In this document: positions 12,680-24,965 of the stretch, piece by piece
How positions within the stretch are numbered: the first letter of the stretch is position 1
Layout of the letters: each line of letters starts with the position of its first letter
Assembly: GCF_018977255.1 (NCBI RefSeq)
Contig: NW_024704742.1
Coordinates: forward strand, 90,088,001-90,152,000
From: Callorhinchus milii
Taxonomy: Eukaryota
DNA length: 64,000 bases
Direction: 5' to 3'
The notes under the pieces: model-generated
The model's database searches: none
Told to the model about the DNA's origin: nothing
Seen by the model: the letters and a program-made list of their open reading frames with translations, nothing else
Position numbers and translations under genes: made by a program

Positions 12680-13140
12680 GAACTCTACTAGTCACCATCT
12701 CCCCACACACAGTCTAACTAAAAAAAACATAGTCTTTTCCATCCATCTTCTCCTTCCATCTATGAAGTCGTTTTTCCAATCCAGCAAGCTAATTTGCCAT
12801 TAATTTTTCATTGAAAAGCTCAAACTTGGAACTTTATCAAATATCTTCTGAAAATCCAAGTAAATTATACCCACTGGATAGGCCTCATCTTCTAGTTTAG
12901 CTACCTCCTCAAAGAATTCCAGCATTTTAGTTAGGCATTACTTATTGCTTCTAAAATTCATGCTGACTTCTTATTGCATCTATTTTTTTAGATGACTATA
13001 GATAATATCCAGCATAATATCTAGCAATCATTTTAGCCACTACATATGGTAGACAAACTAAACCTACGATTTCTAGATTTATGAATTGCTCCTTTTGTGA
13101 ATATTGGAATATCATTTGGTATCCTTGAATCATGAGGTAA
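12680..13140 (-). mobile_element. Highly decayed CR1 LINE ORF2 fragment
   Basis: ggaactttatcaaatatcttctgaaaatccaagtaaatta is the reverse of a CR1 RT (YLDFQKAFDKVP-like) region; ctcaaagaattccagca also matches. Confidence 0.55.
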
Positions 13141-13267
13141 AGCTCCAGTATTTATGGCTCCAAAATCTTAGCTCCCTGTATACAACGGCCTGCTTCATGT
13201 CCCCCACCCAATCAATCCCACCATCAATGGGCGAGCTTTCAGTCATTCTGCTCTCACTCTCTGAAAC

Positions 13268-13642
13268 AATAATAATCCTTGCATTTGACATAGCGCCTTA
13301 TTACATATTCGAGACGTCTCAAAGCACTTCACAGAATATACGGTAAAGTGAATTGGCTGTATATTTTGTGGGTGAAACGCGGCAGACAATTGCACACAGG
13401 AGTGTCCCACAAACAGGCATGGATTGAGTGGCCACATTATTATTATTTATCTATTTATGACGGATTATTATCCCGGTAAACCAATCTGCTAATCGACTAA
13501 TAACCAGGTTCCTACTTACTGCTAGGTAAACAGAAGCATGAGGAGTAAGGAAACTTGTCCAAAATTTCACCCTGCCTGGGAATCAAACCCAGGTCCTCTC
13601 GCCTACGAAGTGAGCAATCAAGCGATTAAACTACAGGTCTCC
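13268..13642 (-). mobile_element. SINE family A, long variant
   Basis: Contains ggttcctacttactgctaggtaaacag (reverse of the long-variant segment), with head and tail. Confidence 0.9.
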
Positions 13643-14472
13643 ACTTCCCCCTCCCTCCCTGCATTCAAGGCCCATATTAAGACCTATCATTTTGATGGTG
13701 CTTTTCGGTCAGCTTCCCCCCGTACCACCACTAACAAAACTTGAGCTCCCAGTTAGCCATGTAAACACTTTTTAGACACCCCCCTGATGTAAAAAGGTAT
13801 TATATTAATGTAAACTGTTGTATTAATCACAGCTTTGCAAACATTACATTTTTTGAGTTTTTTTCATAACTGAGGCTTGATTGGTATTTACATGTGATTT
13901 TGATTCCTAATGCAGGAGACTAGTTGTGGAATTTTACTATAGTCTTTATTTTGGAACACTAAATGTGAAAAATCTGTTTAATATCGTACAAAGCTGCAGA
14001 AACAGGCCATTTGGCCTATCACTTCAGAGTTTAGCATTTTTCTCCACCTAACTTAGTCCCACGCTTTTGTGCTCTCCCAATCACACAACATCCACTTTTA
14101 GAGATTTTATCACAAACTGTGATGTCTTGAAGTTCTTTACAAAGGAATGGAAATCAGAGCAAAGTGAGAAATACAATACAATTTACATTTATGTAGCGCC
14201 TTTCACATCATGAGGACATTTCAAAGTGCTTCAAGTGTGGGTAAGGAAGAAGTAGCTTTTTAGAATAGCTTTGAAAGCAGAAAGAGAAAGTGCAGGGTGG
14301 AGGGTGGAGGGATTACAGCATAGAGTTTCAGTTTCAGTGAGTGGGGACATGGTGGTTGAAAATTCAGTTGCAATGGTAGGTGAAGGGGGCAGGAGGTATT
14401 TAGCAAGTCCAAGTGAGCAAAGCAGAGGGGGTGGTCAGAAGAAAAAGACCATAAGACCATTATGGAGTATTT

Positions 14473-14780
14473 GTGGAGTCCTGTAGCTCAGTGGTTAGAG
14501 CACTCGCTTTGCAAGTGAGAGACCTGAGTTCATTTCCAGGCAGGGCGAAACCTTAGGCAAATTTCCTTACTCCACACACCTAATAATAATAATCCCTCCA
14601 TAACCAAAAAAACAATAATAAATTGGTCATTTTCAATCTCCGACTGTTTATGGGACATTGCTGTGCGCAATTGGCTGCCGCGTTCGCCGGCAAATATACA
14701 GTCAATTTACTTTACAGTGTGTTCTGTGAAGCGCTTTGGGACGTCCTCCCGACGTGAAAAGCGCTATATCAAATGCAAGG

Positions 14781-14817
<37 letters not shown>
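14473..14817 (+). mobile_element. SINE family A, young subfamily, inserted in a CR1 3' tail
   Basis: Full copy. Flanked by aagaccataagaccat on the left and aagacataggagcaggagtaggccattcggccc on the right. Confidence 0.95.
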
Positions 14818-14819
<2 letters not shown>

Positions 14820-14945
14820 AGACATAGGAGCAGGAGTAGGCCATTCGGCCCCTTGAGCCTGCCCCGTCATTTAATAAGATCATTCCATTTCCTGCCCTAT
14901 CCTCATATCCCTTAATCTATCAACCTCAGTCTTGAATATCTTGAA
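14818..14945 (-). mobile_element. CR1 LINE 3' end
   Basis: ggagcaggagtaggccattcggccccttgagcctgcccc matches the CR1 3' end at 48763 onward. Confidence 0.8.
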
Positions 14946-15245
14946 TGGGGCGGCACCAGATGGCAGAAGTAAGATGGGGTCAGGGAGGAGTGGAAGGACT
15001 GGAAGGTCAGAAGGAGGATTCTTGAAGTTTATTTTCTAGTGAACAGGAAGCCAGCGTAGCCTGGGAAGGAGGAGAGTAATAGGCTCACAGATACTAGTGC
15101 ATGAAATGATATGTGCTGCATTAGCTGGAGTTTATGAAGAGTCAGAATGAGTAGGTAGGCAACACAAGGATTAGAGAAATGCTGTTTAATACTATATTCC
15201 ACTTTTGTGGTGTTCGCCTGCATAGATTTGTATAGATTATACAGT

Positions 15246-15432
15246 ACAACAACAACAATAATAATAACAACAAATTACATTTGTATTCCATCTTTCGAGT
15301 TGGGAGGATGTCCCAAGGTGCTGGACAGTCAAGGGTTTGGATCTGAGCAGGAGGTTGGCATCGGGAGTGGTAGAGGTGGAGGGCAGGAAGGGTAGGGATA
15401 GGAAGGTGGCCGAAGGCACGGTTGAAGATACA
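15246..15432 (-). mobile_element. L2 LINE 3' end fragment
   Basis: (CAA)n tail followed by gggaggatgtcccaaggtgctggac. Confidence 0.75.
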
Positions 15433-15894
15433 AGCCATTCGGCCAAACAAATCCATGTCAATTTTTATTCCAAATGAGTCTCCATCCATTCCTTATCTCT
15501 CAACCATCACTTCAAACAATGAGTTTCACAATCTCTATATCCTCTGCATGAAGTAGCACCTCGTTCTACTTCAAGACAATCTTGGAGGCTAAGGACAACC
15601 CTAGGCTCCTCTCACCAATCACGAACCGGCTCCTTGGCCCACCCTTTCATACCTCACCCATCCTCACCTCAAATGCCAACTGCGAGACGATGCTGGACTT
15701 CCTCAAATCCACAGTCGAGGGATATCCACTTAGCTGCCTCTGCCATTCCATCTGCTACACCATCACCATCTCCCTCTCCTACCCCGGCCTCTACCCATCC
15801 CTCCCTCCACACCTTCGAACCTGTCTCCCCCTCCTCTCTCATCACAACTATAACCTACATCAAACTGACCACCTGCTCCCTCGACCCCATCCCT

Positions 15895-16327
15895 ACAACA
15901 ACAACAACAAGATTCCATTTATAAAGCGCCTTTCACGTCAGGAGGACGTCCCAAGGCGCTGCACAGTTGGGTCATGACCCGAGCAGGGGGGAAATGGTCA
16001 GGGTGAGGGGAGGGAAGGGAGGGAGCGAGGAGGGGGAAGAGAGTCGAGAGGGGAGCTGAAGGCAGAAAGGTTTTGAGACCGGCCTTGAAGGAGGAAAGGG
16101 AGGAGGCGGCGAAGGCACTGGGGGATGGAGTTCCAGAGCCTGGGGGCTGAGAGGCTGAAGGCCCGACCACCGATGGTAGGGCGGTTGGGGCGGGGGACGT
16201 GGAGCAGACCGGAGCCAGAGGAACGGAGGGTACGGGCAGGTAGGTAGGGGGATAGAAGGTTGGAGAGGTAGGAGGGAGCAAGGCCGTGAATGGCCTTGTA
16301 GGTGAGGATGAGGATCTTGAAATCAAG
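15895..16327 (-). mobile_element. L2 3' end nested in the L2 above
   Basis: (CAA)n tail and aagcgcctttcacgtcaggaggacgtcccaaggcgct; splits the host motif LDPIPT/LL. Confidence 0.88.
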
Positions 16328-16686
16328 ATCCCTCTCTTTACCTCCCAGCTCTACCTCCTTGCCCCTCTAGACACTGACATTATTAACCTCTCCCTGTCCT
16401 CTGGTATAGTTCCCACCCCATTAAAAACCACTGTCATCACTCCTATCCTTAAAAAACCCTCCCTGGACCCATCTCTACTCCCAAACTACTGCCCCATCTC
16501 CAACCTCCCTTTCCCTCCCAAGGTCCTGGAACGAGTTGTTGCTTCCCAGCTTTGCTCCTTCCTCTTCCACTACTCCCTTCACAAACCCCTCTAATCGGAC
16601 TTCCGTGACAGCCCTGGTCAAAGTGACAAATTACATTCTGCAACTAGGCCCCCTATGCCTCCTCGTCCTCCTTGACCTCTCTGCTG

Positions 16687-17121
16687 AGGTGCACATGGAG
16701 GATACAGTTCAAGATCCTGGTCCTCACCTTCAAAGCCCTCCATGGTCTTGCTTATCCCTTCATCTCTGACCTCCTAACCCCCTACCATATTGTTCGCTCA
16801 CTTCGCTCAGCGGGCTCTGTCCTGCTTCATGTCCCCGCCTTGCTCACCCCACTATCGGCAGGGGGGCCTTCCGCCACTCTGCACCCACCCTCTGGAACTC
16901 CATCCCACAGTGCCTCCATCTCGCCCCCTCCCTCGCCACCTTCAAGACCCACCACAAGAACCTACCTCTTCGATTGTGCTTTCAATCTCCCTTCTTCCCT
17001 TCCTGCTCTTCCCCCATCCCCCACCCCAATCCTCAGCTCGGGTCCGAAACTCTGTCCGTCCAGTGCCTTGGGACATCCTCCCGATGTGAAAGACGCTATA
17101 TAAATGTAATTTTATTGTTGT
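16687..17121 (+). mobile_element. L2 3' end nested in the host RT motif, with TSD tgctg
   Basis: RIQFKILVLTFKALHG region through a ttgttg tail. tgctg occurs at 16682-16686 and 17122-17126; removing the insert restores DLSAA(Y)DTV. Confidence 0.88.
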
Positions 17122-19080
17122 TGCTGCCTACGACACCGTCGAACACTCTATCCTCATCCATCATCTCTCCTCTCACCTCAACCTTCACAGTCTGTCCTTC
17201 ACTGGTTTAGATCGTACCACTCTCACCGCCTCCACTTCATCTCCACAAACGGTTTCTCCTCTAGCCCCCACACCGTCTCATGTGTGTTGCTCAGAGCTCT
17301 CTCTTTGTTCCCCTCCTCTTCAATATCTATATGCTTCCTCTTGGTGACATCGTCCGCAGACATAGGGTCAATTTCCACATGGATGCGGATAACACTAACT
17401 CTACCTCTCTGCCTCCACCCTTGACTCCAGGACCACTGCTGTGCTGACAGAATTTTTGTCAGACATCAAGTCCTGGATGAGAGCTAGTTTTTCTTCAGTT
17501 GAACGTCAACAAGACCGAGGCTCCCCTGATTAGCTCCCGTCAGCGCATCCTCACCTCAGGCGTTGACAGCATCACCATCCATGGTTTCACACTGCACGTC
17601 GCTAAGCCAGTCCAGAACCTTGGCATCTTGTTTGACCCTCAACTATTCTTTCTACCCCACATCTGTGCCATGACCCGATCTGCCTTCCCCCACCTCTGCA
17701 ACATCGCCCGGCTCCACTATCTCACACAGCAGGCCGCTGAAACCCTCATACATGCTTTCATTACATCGAAGCTTGACTATGCAAACTCATTGCTTATTGG
17801 CCTCCCCAACTTTTCCCTCCATAGGCTGCAGATCATCCGGAACTCTGCAGCCCGTGCCCTCTTTCACACTAGGCTCTGTGACCCTATCGCCCTCATCCTC
17901 TCTCAACTCCACCGGTTTCCCATCACACAGAGGATATAGTTCAAGATCATGGTTCTTACCTTCAAAGCCCTCCATGGTCTTTCCACCCCCTACCTCTGTG
18001 ACCTCCTAACTCCCTACCATCCTGCTGGCTCCCTCCGCTCAGCAGGCTCCAGCCTGCTTCTTGTCCCCTGCCTTGCTCGCCCCACTATTAGTGGGCGGGT
18101 CTTCCGCCACTCTGCCCCCAACCTCTGGAACTCCATCCCGCAGTCCCTCCACTTCATTCCCCTCCCTTGCCTCCTGCTAGACCCACCTCAAGGCACTCCT
18201 TTTTGACTGTGCTTCCCCCCTACCCCCCACCCTCCCCGACCCTCAGCTCGGGTAGAAAACTCTGTCTGTCCAGTGCCTTGGGACATCCTCCCGACGTGAA
18301 GCGCGTTATACAAATGTAATTTTGTTGTTGTTGTTGTTTAGAAATGCAAAGGGCAATTTTGGGATAGGAAGCATTTCCTTACCCAGAAGTAATTAATGAC
18401 TGGAACAGATTACCAAAAAGAATGGATGAGGCTAGGAAATTGGACTCATTATAATAAACACTTTGATATTGTGAAAGTAAAGTGGGTAATCTGGAAGGAT
18501 AAGATCAAATGAGCCGAATCTTCATCCATACCAATCATTTGATCTTGTAATCTTGAATCAAAGGCAAAGATTATTATAAAGGACCTACCAGTTCTTTCAT
18601 ATGATGTCTACTGCTAACAGCTATAAAGTATAACTGCCTGAAACAGTTATTTGGCTTGTGTTTGCTGCTATTTGCTTCTATATTGCTTGATTTCCTCCAT
18701 TACTTCAGTTATCCTCAACTGACTTTTATATGACTCCCAGTGCTCTCTCACTATTTTGGTTTCCTTGCATCTTTTAATATTCATCCGTTTAGCCTTTAGG
18801 TTAGTTCTAACCACATTTCACTGTTGTGGTCTGAGTCAACAAGTTGCGGAAACAGTAACCTGAAAACCAGAAGAAAAAAAAGATAAATTTGAACATGTTG
18901 AAACCAGCAGCACAATGGACCACCAGAGACATGAAAGGCAGGTTTTGAAGGGCCAAGTCTTCCTAAGTACAAAGTAGGCTGGATGTAGGCTTTTTTTTTC
19001 TTCCACCAATGATCATATAACAATGCAAATCATTTTAAAAAATATTACAATCTGTTCACATTCTACTCCCTTTGAAAAAC

Positions 19081-19423
19081 AGTGTAGCTCATTGGTTAGC
19101 ACACTCGCTTCGCAAGCGAGAGACCTGGGTTCAATTCCCGGGCAGGGCGAAATGGTTGGGCAAGTTTTCTTATTCCACACACCTCGGCTTACCTAGCAGC
19201 AAGTAGGAACCTTGTTGTTAGTCAATTGGCGGATAGCTTTTCTGGGGGTAATAATTCCTAAAAAAAAATTTGGTCACTTCAATCCAGGATTGTTTGTGGG
19301 ACACTGCTTCACCCACAAAATATATCGTCAATTCACTCTACAGTATATTCTGTGAAGTGCTTTGAGATGTCTCGAAGACGTGATAAAGCGCTATATCAAA
19401 TGCAAGGATTATTATTATTGTTA
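19081..19423 (+). mobile_element. SINE family A, long variant
   Basis: tRNA head, ttacctagcagcaagtaggaacc segment, tail. Confidence 0.9.
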
Positions 19424-19896
19424 TAACACAGCAAGACCTTTTTTTGTGGAAAAGAAGCTACAAGGATTGAACGTAAATCTCAGTTGCAGGCACATTCACT
19501 TTCACTTTTCATCAATTACCATATATACTCAAATCAAAGAAGCTCTAAATCCAATGCACACACAGAGTTAAGACAGTTTGGAAATAAAAAAAAGAAATTT
19601 ACTGCATTTCAAAGATCACCTCTATTTTAGAGATTACTTTGTAATGAAAAATGTTGCACTTTAATTCAAGCAAATTTGGTATATTTTGTAAAGCATTTCA
19701 AGACACCTATTTTACATGAAAAATGCTATGGAAGTGAAAGTTATTAGTGCATTTCAACACAAGCAATGATTTAACTAATTAAACATAACTTACTTTTTAG
19801 CTGGTTAGATTCCAGCAGTACCCCCAACACACACTCTGGGATTCCTAAGCTTTGGCTCTTGCCAATATGTACTTGGTTGTGTATTCCATTCCAATA

Positions 19897-21392
19897 CAAC
19901 AACAACAAGAAAATTAATTTGTATAGCGTCTTTCATGTCGGGAAGACATCCCAAGGTGCTGCACAGTCAGGGATTTGGACCAGAGCTGTGGGTCAGGATC
20001 GGGGAGGATGGAAGGCAGGGAGGGTAGGAGGGCGATCATAGGCTCAGCTCAGTCGAAGAGGATGGTTTTGAGACACGACTTGAAGGAGGCAAGGGAGCGA
20101 GTGAGGCGAAGAGAATGTGGGATGGAGTTCCAAAAGGTCGGGGCAGAAAGGCTGAAGACCCAACCACCGGTGGAGCAGGCCAGGCAGGGGACATGGAACG
20201 GGCCAGAGCCTGCTTGAGCGGAGGGAGCGGAGAGGTGGATATGGGGTTAGCAGGTCGCAGAGGTATGGAGGGGTAAGGTCATGGAGGGCTTTCAAGGCGA
20301 GGACTAGGATTTTGACATTTATCCTCTGTATGATGAGTAGCCAGTGGAACCGGGCAAAAGTGGGAGTGATGGGGTCACAGAGCCTGGTGTGGGAGAGGAC
20401 ACGAGCTGCAGAGTTCTGGATGATCTGTAGCTTGTGGAGTGAAGAGTTGGGAAGGCCGACAAATAGGGAGTTGGCGTAGTCAAGCCTAGACTTAATGAAT
20501 GCGCGGATGAGGATTTTGGCGGCCATGACAGTGGCAGAGTCGGACGATGTTGCGGAGGTGGGGGAAGGCAAAGTGGGTCATGGTATGGAAGTGGGATAGG
20601 AAGGACAGTTGAGGGTCAAACAAGACACCAAGATTTCGGACTGGCTCGGTGAGGTGGAGTGTGCATCCCTGGATGGTGATGCTGTCATTGCCTGAGGTGT
20701 GGAGGCGCTGATGGGAGTCAATCAGGAGGGCATTGGTCTTGTTGACGTTCAACTGTAGAAAGTTGGTTCTCATCCATGACTTGATGTCTGACAGACTTTC
20801 TGTCAGGACAGCAGTGGTCCTGGAGTCAAGGGTGGAGGCAGAGATAGATTTGGTTGTCATCCGCACACATGTGGAAGTTGACCTCATGTCTGCAGATAAT
20901 GTCACCAAGAGGGAGCATTTAGATATTGAAGAGGATAGGACCAAAGACAGAACCCTGAGGAATGCCACATGGGACAGTGCGGGGGCTAGAGGAGAAGCAG
21001 TTTGTAGAGATGAAGTGAGAGGTAGGATCTGACATCTGACCACTCAAAGACAGAATCATGAAGGTTGAGGTGAGAGGAGGGTAGAGTGGTCAACGATATC
21101 GAAGGCAACAGAGAGGTCAAGGAGGCTAAGGAGACAGATGGGGCCCTGGTCACAGAGAGACAAAAAGTCACTTGTCACTTTGACCAAAGCTGTTTCTGTG
21201 CTTTTTGTGGCTCGGAAACCGGATTGGAGGGATTCGTGAAGGGAGTGGCAGGAGAGGAAGGAGCAAAGCTGGAAAGCAATAATTCTTTCCAGGGCCTTGA
21301 AAAGGGAAGATGGAGTGGTAATTTGAGAGCAGGGTTGGGTCCAGGGAGGGTTTTTTAAGGATAGGAGTGCTGACGGCTGTTTTTAAAGGGGT
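19897..21392 (-). mobile_element. Decayed L2 LINE, 5'-truncated
   Basis: ORF pieces SRLDYANSLFVGLP, SDIKSWMRTNFLQLNVNKT, RNLGVLFDPQLSF; (CAA)n tail at 19897. Confidence 0.92.
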
Positions 21393-21404
21393 TTAAAGCT
21401 GTTT

Positions 21405-21624
21405 AAAATTTATATAGCGTCCTTTATGCAGGGAAGAATGTTGGAGTGCTTAACAATGGCAGAGTTTGACATCGAGCCAGGGAGAGGTGACTGTAGGTAT
21501 GGATGAAGGGAAAAGTCTTCAGGTGCGATCTGAAGACAGACAAGGAGGGGACGAGTGGAGAAATTGAGGCAGAGTGTTACAATGTTTAAGGGCATAGTGG
21601 CTGAAAGCATGGATGCCAACAGTG
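21405..21624 (-). mobile_element. L2 3' fragment (second subfamily)
   Basis: tttatatagcgtcc...agggcatagtggctgaaagca parallels the adjacent younger copy. Confidence 0.7.
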
Positions 21625-23101
21625 CAACAACAACAACAACTTGGATTTATATAGCGTCTTCCACACCGGACGGCGTCTCAGAGTGCTTCACAGTAATGGA
21701 TCCCGGGGCCGAGCCAGTGGGAGGGGGAGGAAGGTGCCCAAAGTGCGGTCGAAAAGAAACGTCTCCAGCAGAGACCTGAAAGTAAGAAGAGCAGGGGCGA
21801 GGCGAAGGGAGTGAGCAAGGGAGTTCCAGGGCCTCGGGGCATAGTGGCTGAAGGCACGGCCACCGAGGGTGGAGGGGAGGACTCAGGGGACAAGGAGGAA
21901 GCCAGACCCGGAGGAATGAAGGCAATGAGCACTGTTTAGGAGAGAGGAGGTCAGAGAGGTAGGGGGGTGCAGAGGAGTGGAGGGATTTGAAGACAAGGGT
22001 GAGGATCTTGAAATCGATCCTCTATTGGACAGGCAGCCACTGCAGTCTGGCAAGGACTGGGGTAATCGGCGAGCAGAGTTTGGTGCGGGTGAGAATACTG
22101 GCGGCAGAGTTTTGAATAATCTGGATTTTATGGATGGTAGTGGAGGGGAGGCCGGCGAGCAGGGCATTTGAATAGTCCAGCCGAGAGGTGACAAAATGCA
22201 TGGACCAGGGTTTCAGCGGCTTTTGGAGAGGTATTGGCGGAGACAGGCGATGCGTCGAAGGTGGAAGAAAGCGGTGCTGGTGAGGGACCGAATGTGGGGG
22301 AGGAAGGATAATTGGGGGTCGAACCTGATGCCTAGGTTGCGTTTGGGTTCAGAGAGTTTTAGGGGGAGGTCGGGTAGATGGAGGAGGTGAGAACCGTGAG
22401 ATTTTAGACGTTGACGAGATCCAAAGAGTATGGCTTCCGTCTTGTCAACATTCAGCTGAAGGAAATTTGCGCTCATCCAGCCCCTGAAGTCTGACCGGCA
22501 GCCTGACAGAACATCAGGGGACTGGGGGTCGCAAAGAGAGGTGGAAAAATAGAGTTGGGTGTCGTCCGCATACATGTGGAAATGTACCCCATGTCTACGG
22601 ATGATATCCCCAAGAGGGAGCATGCAGATCAGAAAGAGAAGGGGTCAAGGATGGATCCTTGGGGTACCCCGCAGGTAACCGGGTGAGAGCGGGAGGAGAA
22701 GCCATTTGTACAGATGTACTGCTGGCGGTTTGTGAGGTAGGACTCGAACCAGGCGAGTGCGGTCCCACTGAGGTGGATGACGGAGGAAAGGCGGTGGAGG
22801 AGGATGATGAGATCGACTGTGTCGAACGCGGTGGAGAGGTCCAGGAGGACAAGGAGGCAGAGGGAGCCCTGGTCACAGATAGAGAGGATGTCGTTTGTGA
22901 CTTTCACAAGCACAGTCTCTGTACTGGGGGCAGAGCGGAAACCGGACTGGAGGGGTTCGAAGAGGGAGTGGGAGGAGAGGTGTGTGCGAAGTTGATTGGC
23001 AACAATGCCTTCTAGGACTTTTGCAAGGAAGGGCAGGTTAGAAATGGGGCGGTAGTGGCTGGGGTTTGAGGGATCTAGGGAAGGTTTTTTGAGGAGGGGG
23101 T
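21625..23101 (-). mobile_element. Relatively young L2 LINE, 5'-truncated, RT domain with few lesions
   Basis: PLLKKPSLDP..YRPISNLPFLAKVLE..QSGFR..STETVLVKVTND..LLDLSTAFDTVD..GVPQGSILDP, a frameshift near 22625, then HMYADDTQLY..LNVDKTE; (CAA)n tail. Confidence 0.95.
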
Positions 23102-23274
23102 TGCAGCCCATCATGTACTCTGCACTATATGAAGAGGAAAGAAAGTTTGCAAAGTTGAAATGAAACACGATTAGAAAAATACTCCACAATCTTTCCACAC
23201 AATCAGTAGCTGAACATTAATGAGTCCAACACGTTTGTTCACCTGATACAAAATGCCACCCAGAGCAGTGTTTA

Positions 23275-23770
23275 AAGATTTCAGAACCCCATCACACCAG
23301 TTCTAGCCATATTCCACTGGCTCCCTATCACTGAATGGATCGATTTCAAGATCCTCATACTCGTCTTCAAATCTCTTCTTGCCCTGGCATCTCCCTGCCT
23401 CTCTGACCTATTTACTCCCCAACCCACTGCCTGCTGCCTCCCCTCGACTGTCTCCGGCCTCCTGCTTGTCCCTCGGGTCCTCTGTTCCACTATCGATTGT
23501 TGCGCTTTCAGCAACTATGCCCTGAAACTATGGAACACTCTTCCTCTATCCCTCTGCCTTGCCCCTTCCTTCCCCATTTTCAGGTCAAGCCTGAAGACGT
23601 TCCTCTTTGACTATACCTACAGTCATCTCCACCTTCCCCCCATGCTCAGCCAAGTGTCTGCCACTGACAAGCGCTCTGGGACACTCCTTCACCTTCCCCC
23701 TGGCTTGGCCAAGCGCTCTGGGATGCTATCCTGCATGACAGGTGCTGTAGAAATGCAAATTGTTGTTGTT
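23275..23770 (+). mobile_element. L2 3' fragment with small internal duplication
   Basis: ITPVL..HWLP..IDFKIL-like sequence; caccttccccc and caagcgctctggga each occur twice; ttgttgttg tail. Confidence 0.8.
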
Positions 23771-24644
23771 GACCTTTCTTGGCCTCAGATCAAGATGCAC
23801 AAGGTAAGAATATTGTTTTTCTTATTGGAGGCTGTATTATTTTAATTCCACTTTGTAATTCACTCTAGCCATGGTCCAGTGAAATGTTTACAGGAACCAG
23901 CATGAAGTCGCTCTCTGCATTGCTAGAGCTGGTTCTGCACATAGTGTCAGATGATATAGTAAAATGTTTCCACGAAGCTGAGCCACAGCAGCAGCCTCTT
24001 CAGCGTGCAACATTGTGCCTGCATCTGCTGTCAAATTCTCTTTACAAGCACTAAGCTTGTATCACATAATAGGTTTACTGCCTGCCATATCACAGCCATG
24101 GCATACTCAAATGTCCAGAGTGCAAGTACTTGTGGAATGTGTGTATGTGACTAAATATCGGAGCAAAGATGTTGTTAACAGCATCTAATGCATGTAAACA
24201 TGTTGGTAAACAAGATTTTTCAGATCACTACTTATTTCCCCCTCAGGTTGATTATCTAGAAAAACCCAAAAGCAGTAGTTAGCTTCCCAAACTCACTGTA
24301 ATTCCTTGTGTTGTACAATAGTAAAAGTGGCAAAATGAGCCTAGGTTTTAATTCAATATATTAAAATACTGTGAAGAGCTAAATAAATGTGCCTGATCCA
24401 ATTATAATTCAGATCCAAGCACAAAATCCCAAAGCCCTTACCTTTCCCTCCCATAATAATAGCTCCAAATGCACAGCAACCATTTCTCATTGACTTCCAT
24501 AGGGTACAATTCTAATACACATATAATCATTCCCAATAATGTAGAATCCCAAGGCACATAAACATCTTAAAGTAATAACAATCTTTTAACACACCTCCAA
24601 CCAACACCTTCACAATTTTTTGTCTCTAAAGTATAGTTACTGTT

Positions 24645-24965
24645 TATTTCTAGGTGAACGCAGTAGGCAATTTGCGCACATCAATGTTCCACAAACAATC
24701 ACAAAATGAATGAACTATCTCACCTAGAGAATTGTTGGCTAGGACACTGGGACAAATTCCCTTCTCTTTCCCAATAGTATCAAGGAATTATAAACTTCCA
24801 CCGAAACAGGCATGTGAGAACTTGGTCGAACGTATTATCCAAAGGGCGGCCACTTTAAACAATCCAGCACTCCCCCATCATTGGACCAGAGTGTCACCAT
24901 AGATTATGAGTTTGAAGGCTTGAACCCACAACTTTCTGATCCAAACGGGAAGGTAGCAATTACTA
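24645..24965 (-). mobile_element. Older Deu-SINE, family B
   Basis: ttggctaggacactggga...aatagtatcaagga...gaacccacaactttctga. Confidence 0.6.

Larger units (their letters stand above)
15570..18337 (+). mobile_element. Decayed L2 LINE (about 2 kb of ORF2 plus 3' end) interrupted by two further L2 insertions
   Basis: Pieces read ITPILKKPSLDP..YCPISNLPF..KVLERVVASQL, TALVKVTN, LLVLLDLSAA-DTV, LNVNKTE, HAFITSKLDYANSLL, with frameshifts and stops; (TTG)n tail at about 18323-18337. Confidence 0.92.

Noticed and set aside
21883..23198. Functional reverse transcriptase gene, retron or DGR
   Set aside because: 5'-truncated, frameshifted L2 ORF2 lacking the endonuclease; an ordinary LINE remnant.
23894..24053. 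Short plus-strand ORF after an acceptor-like site (MKSLSALLELVL...)
   Set aside because: No homology recognised, antisense within intron 1, and of a length expected by chance.
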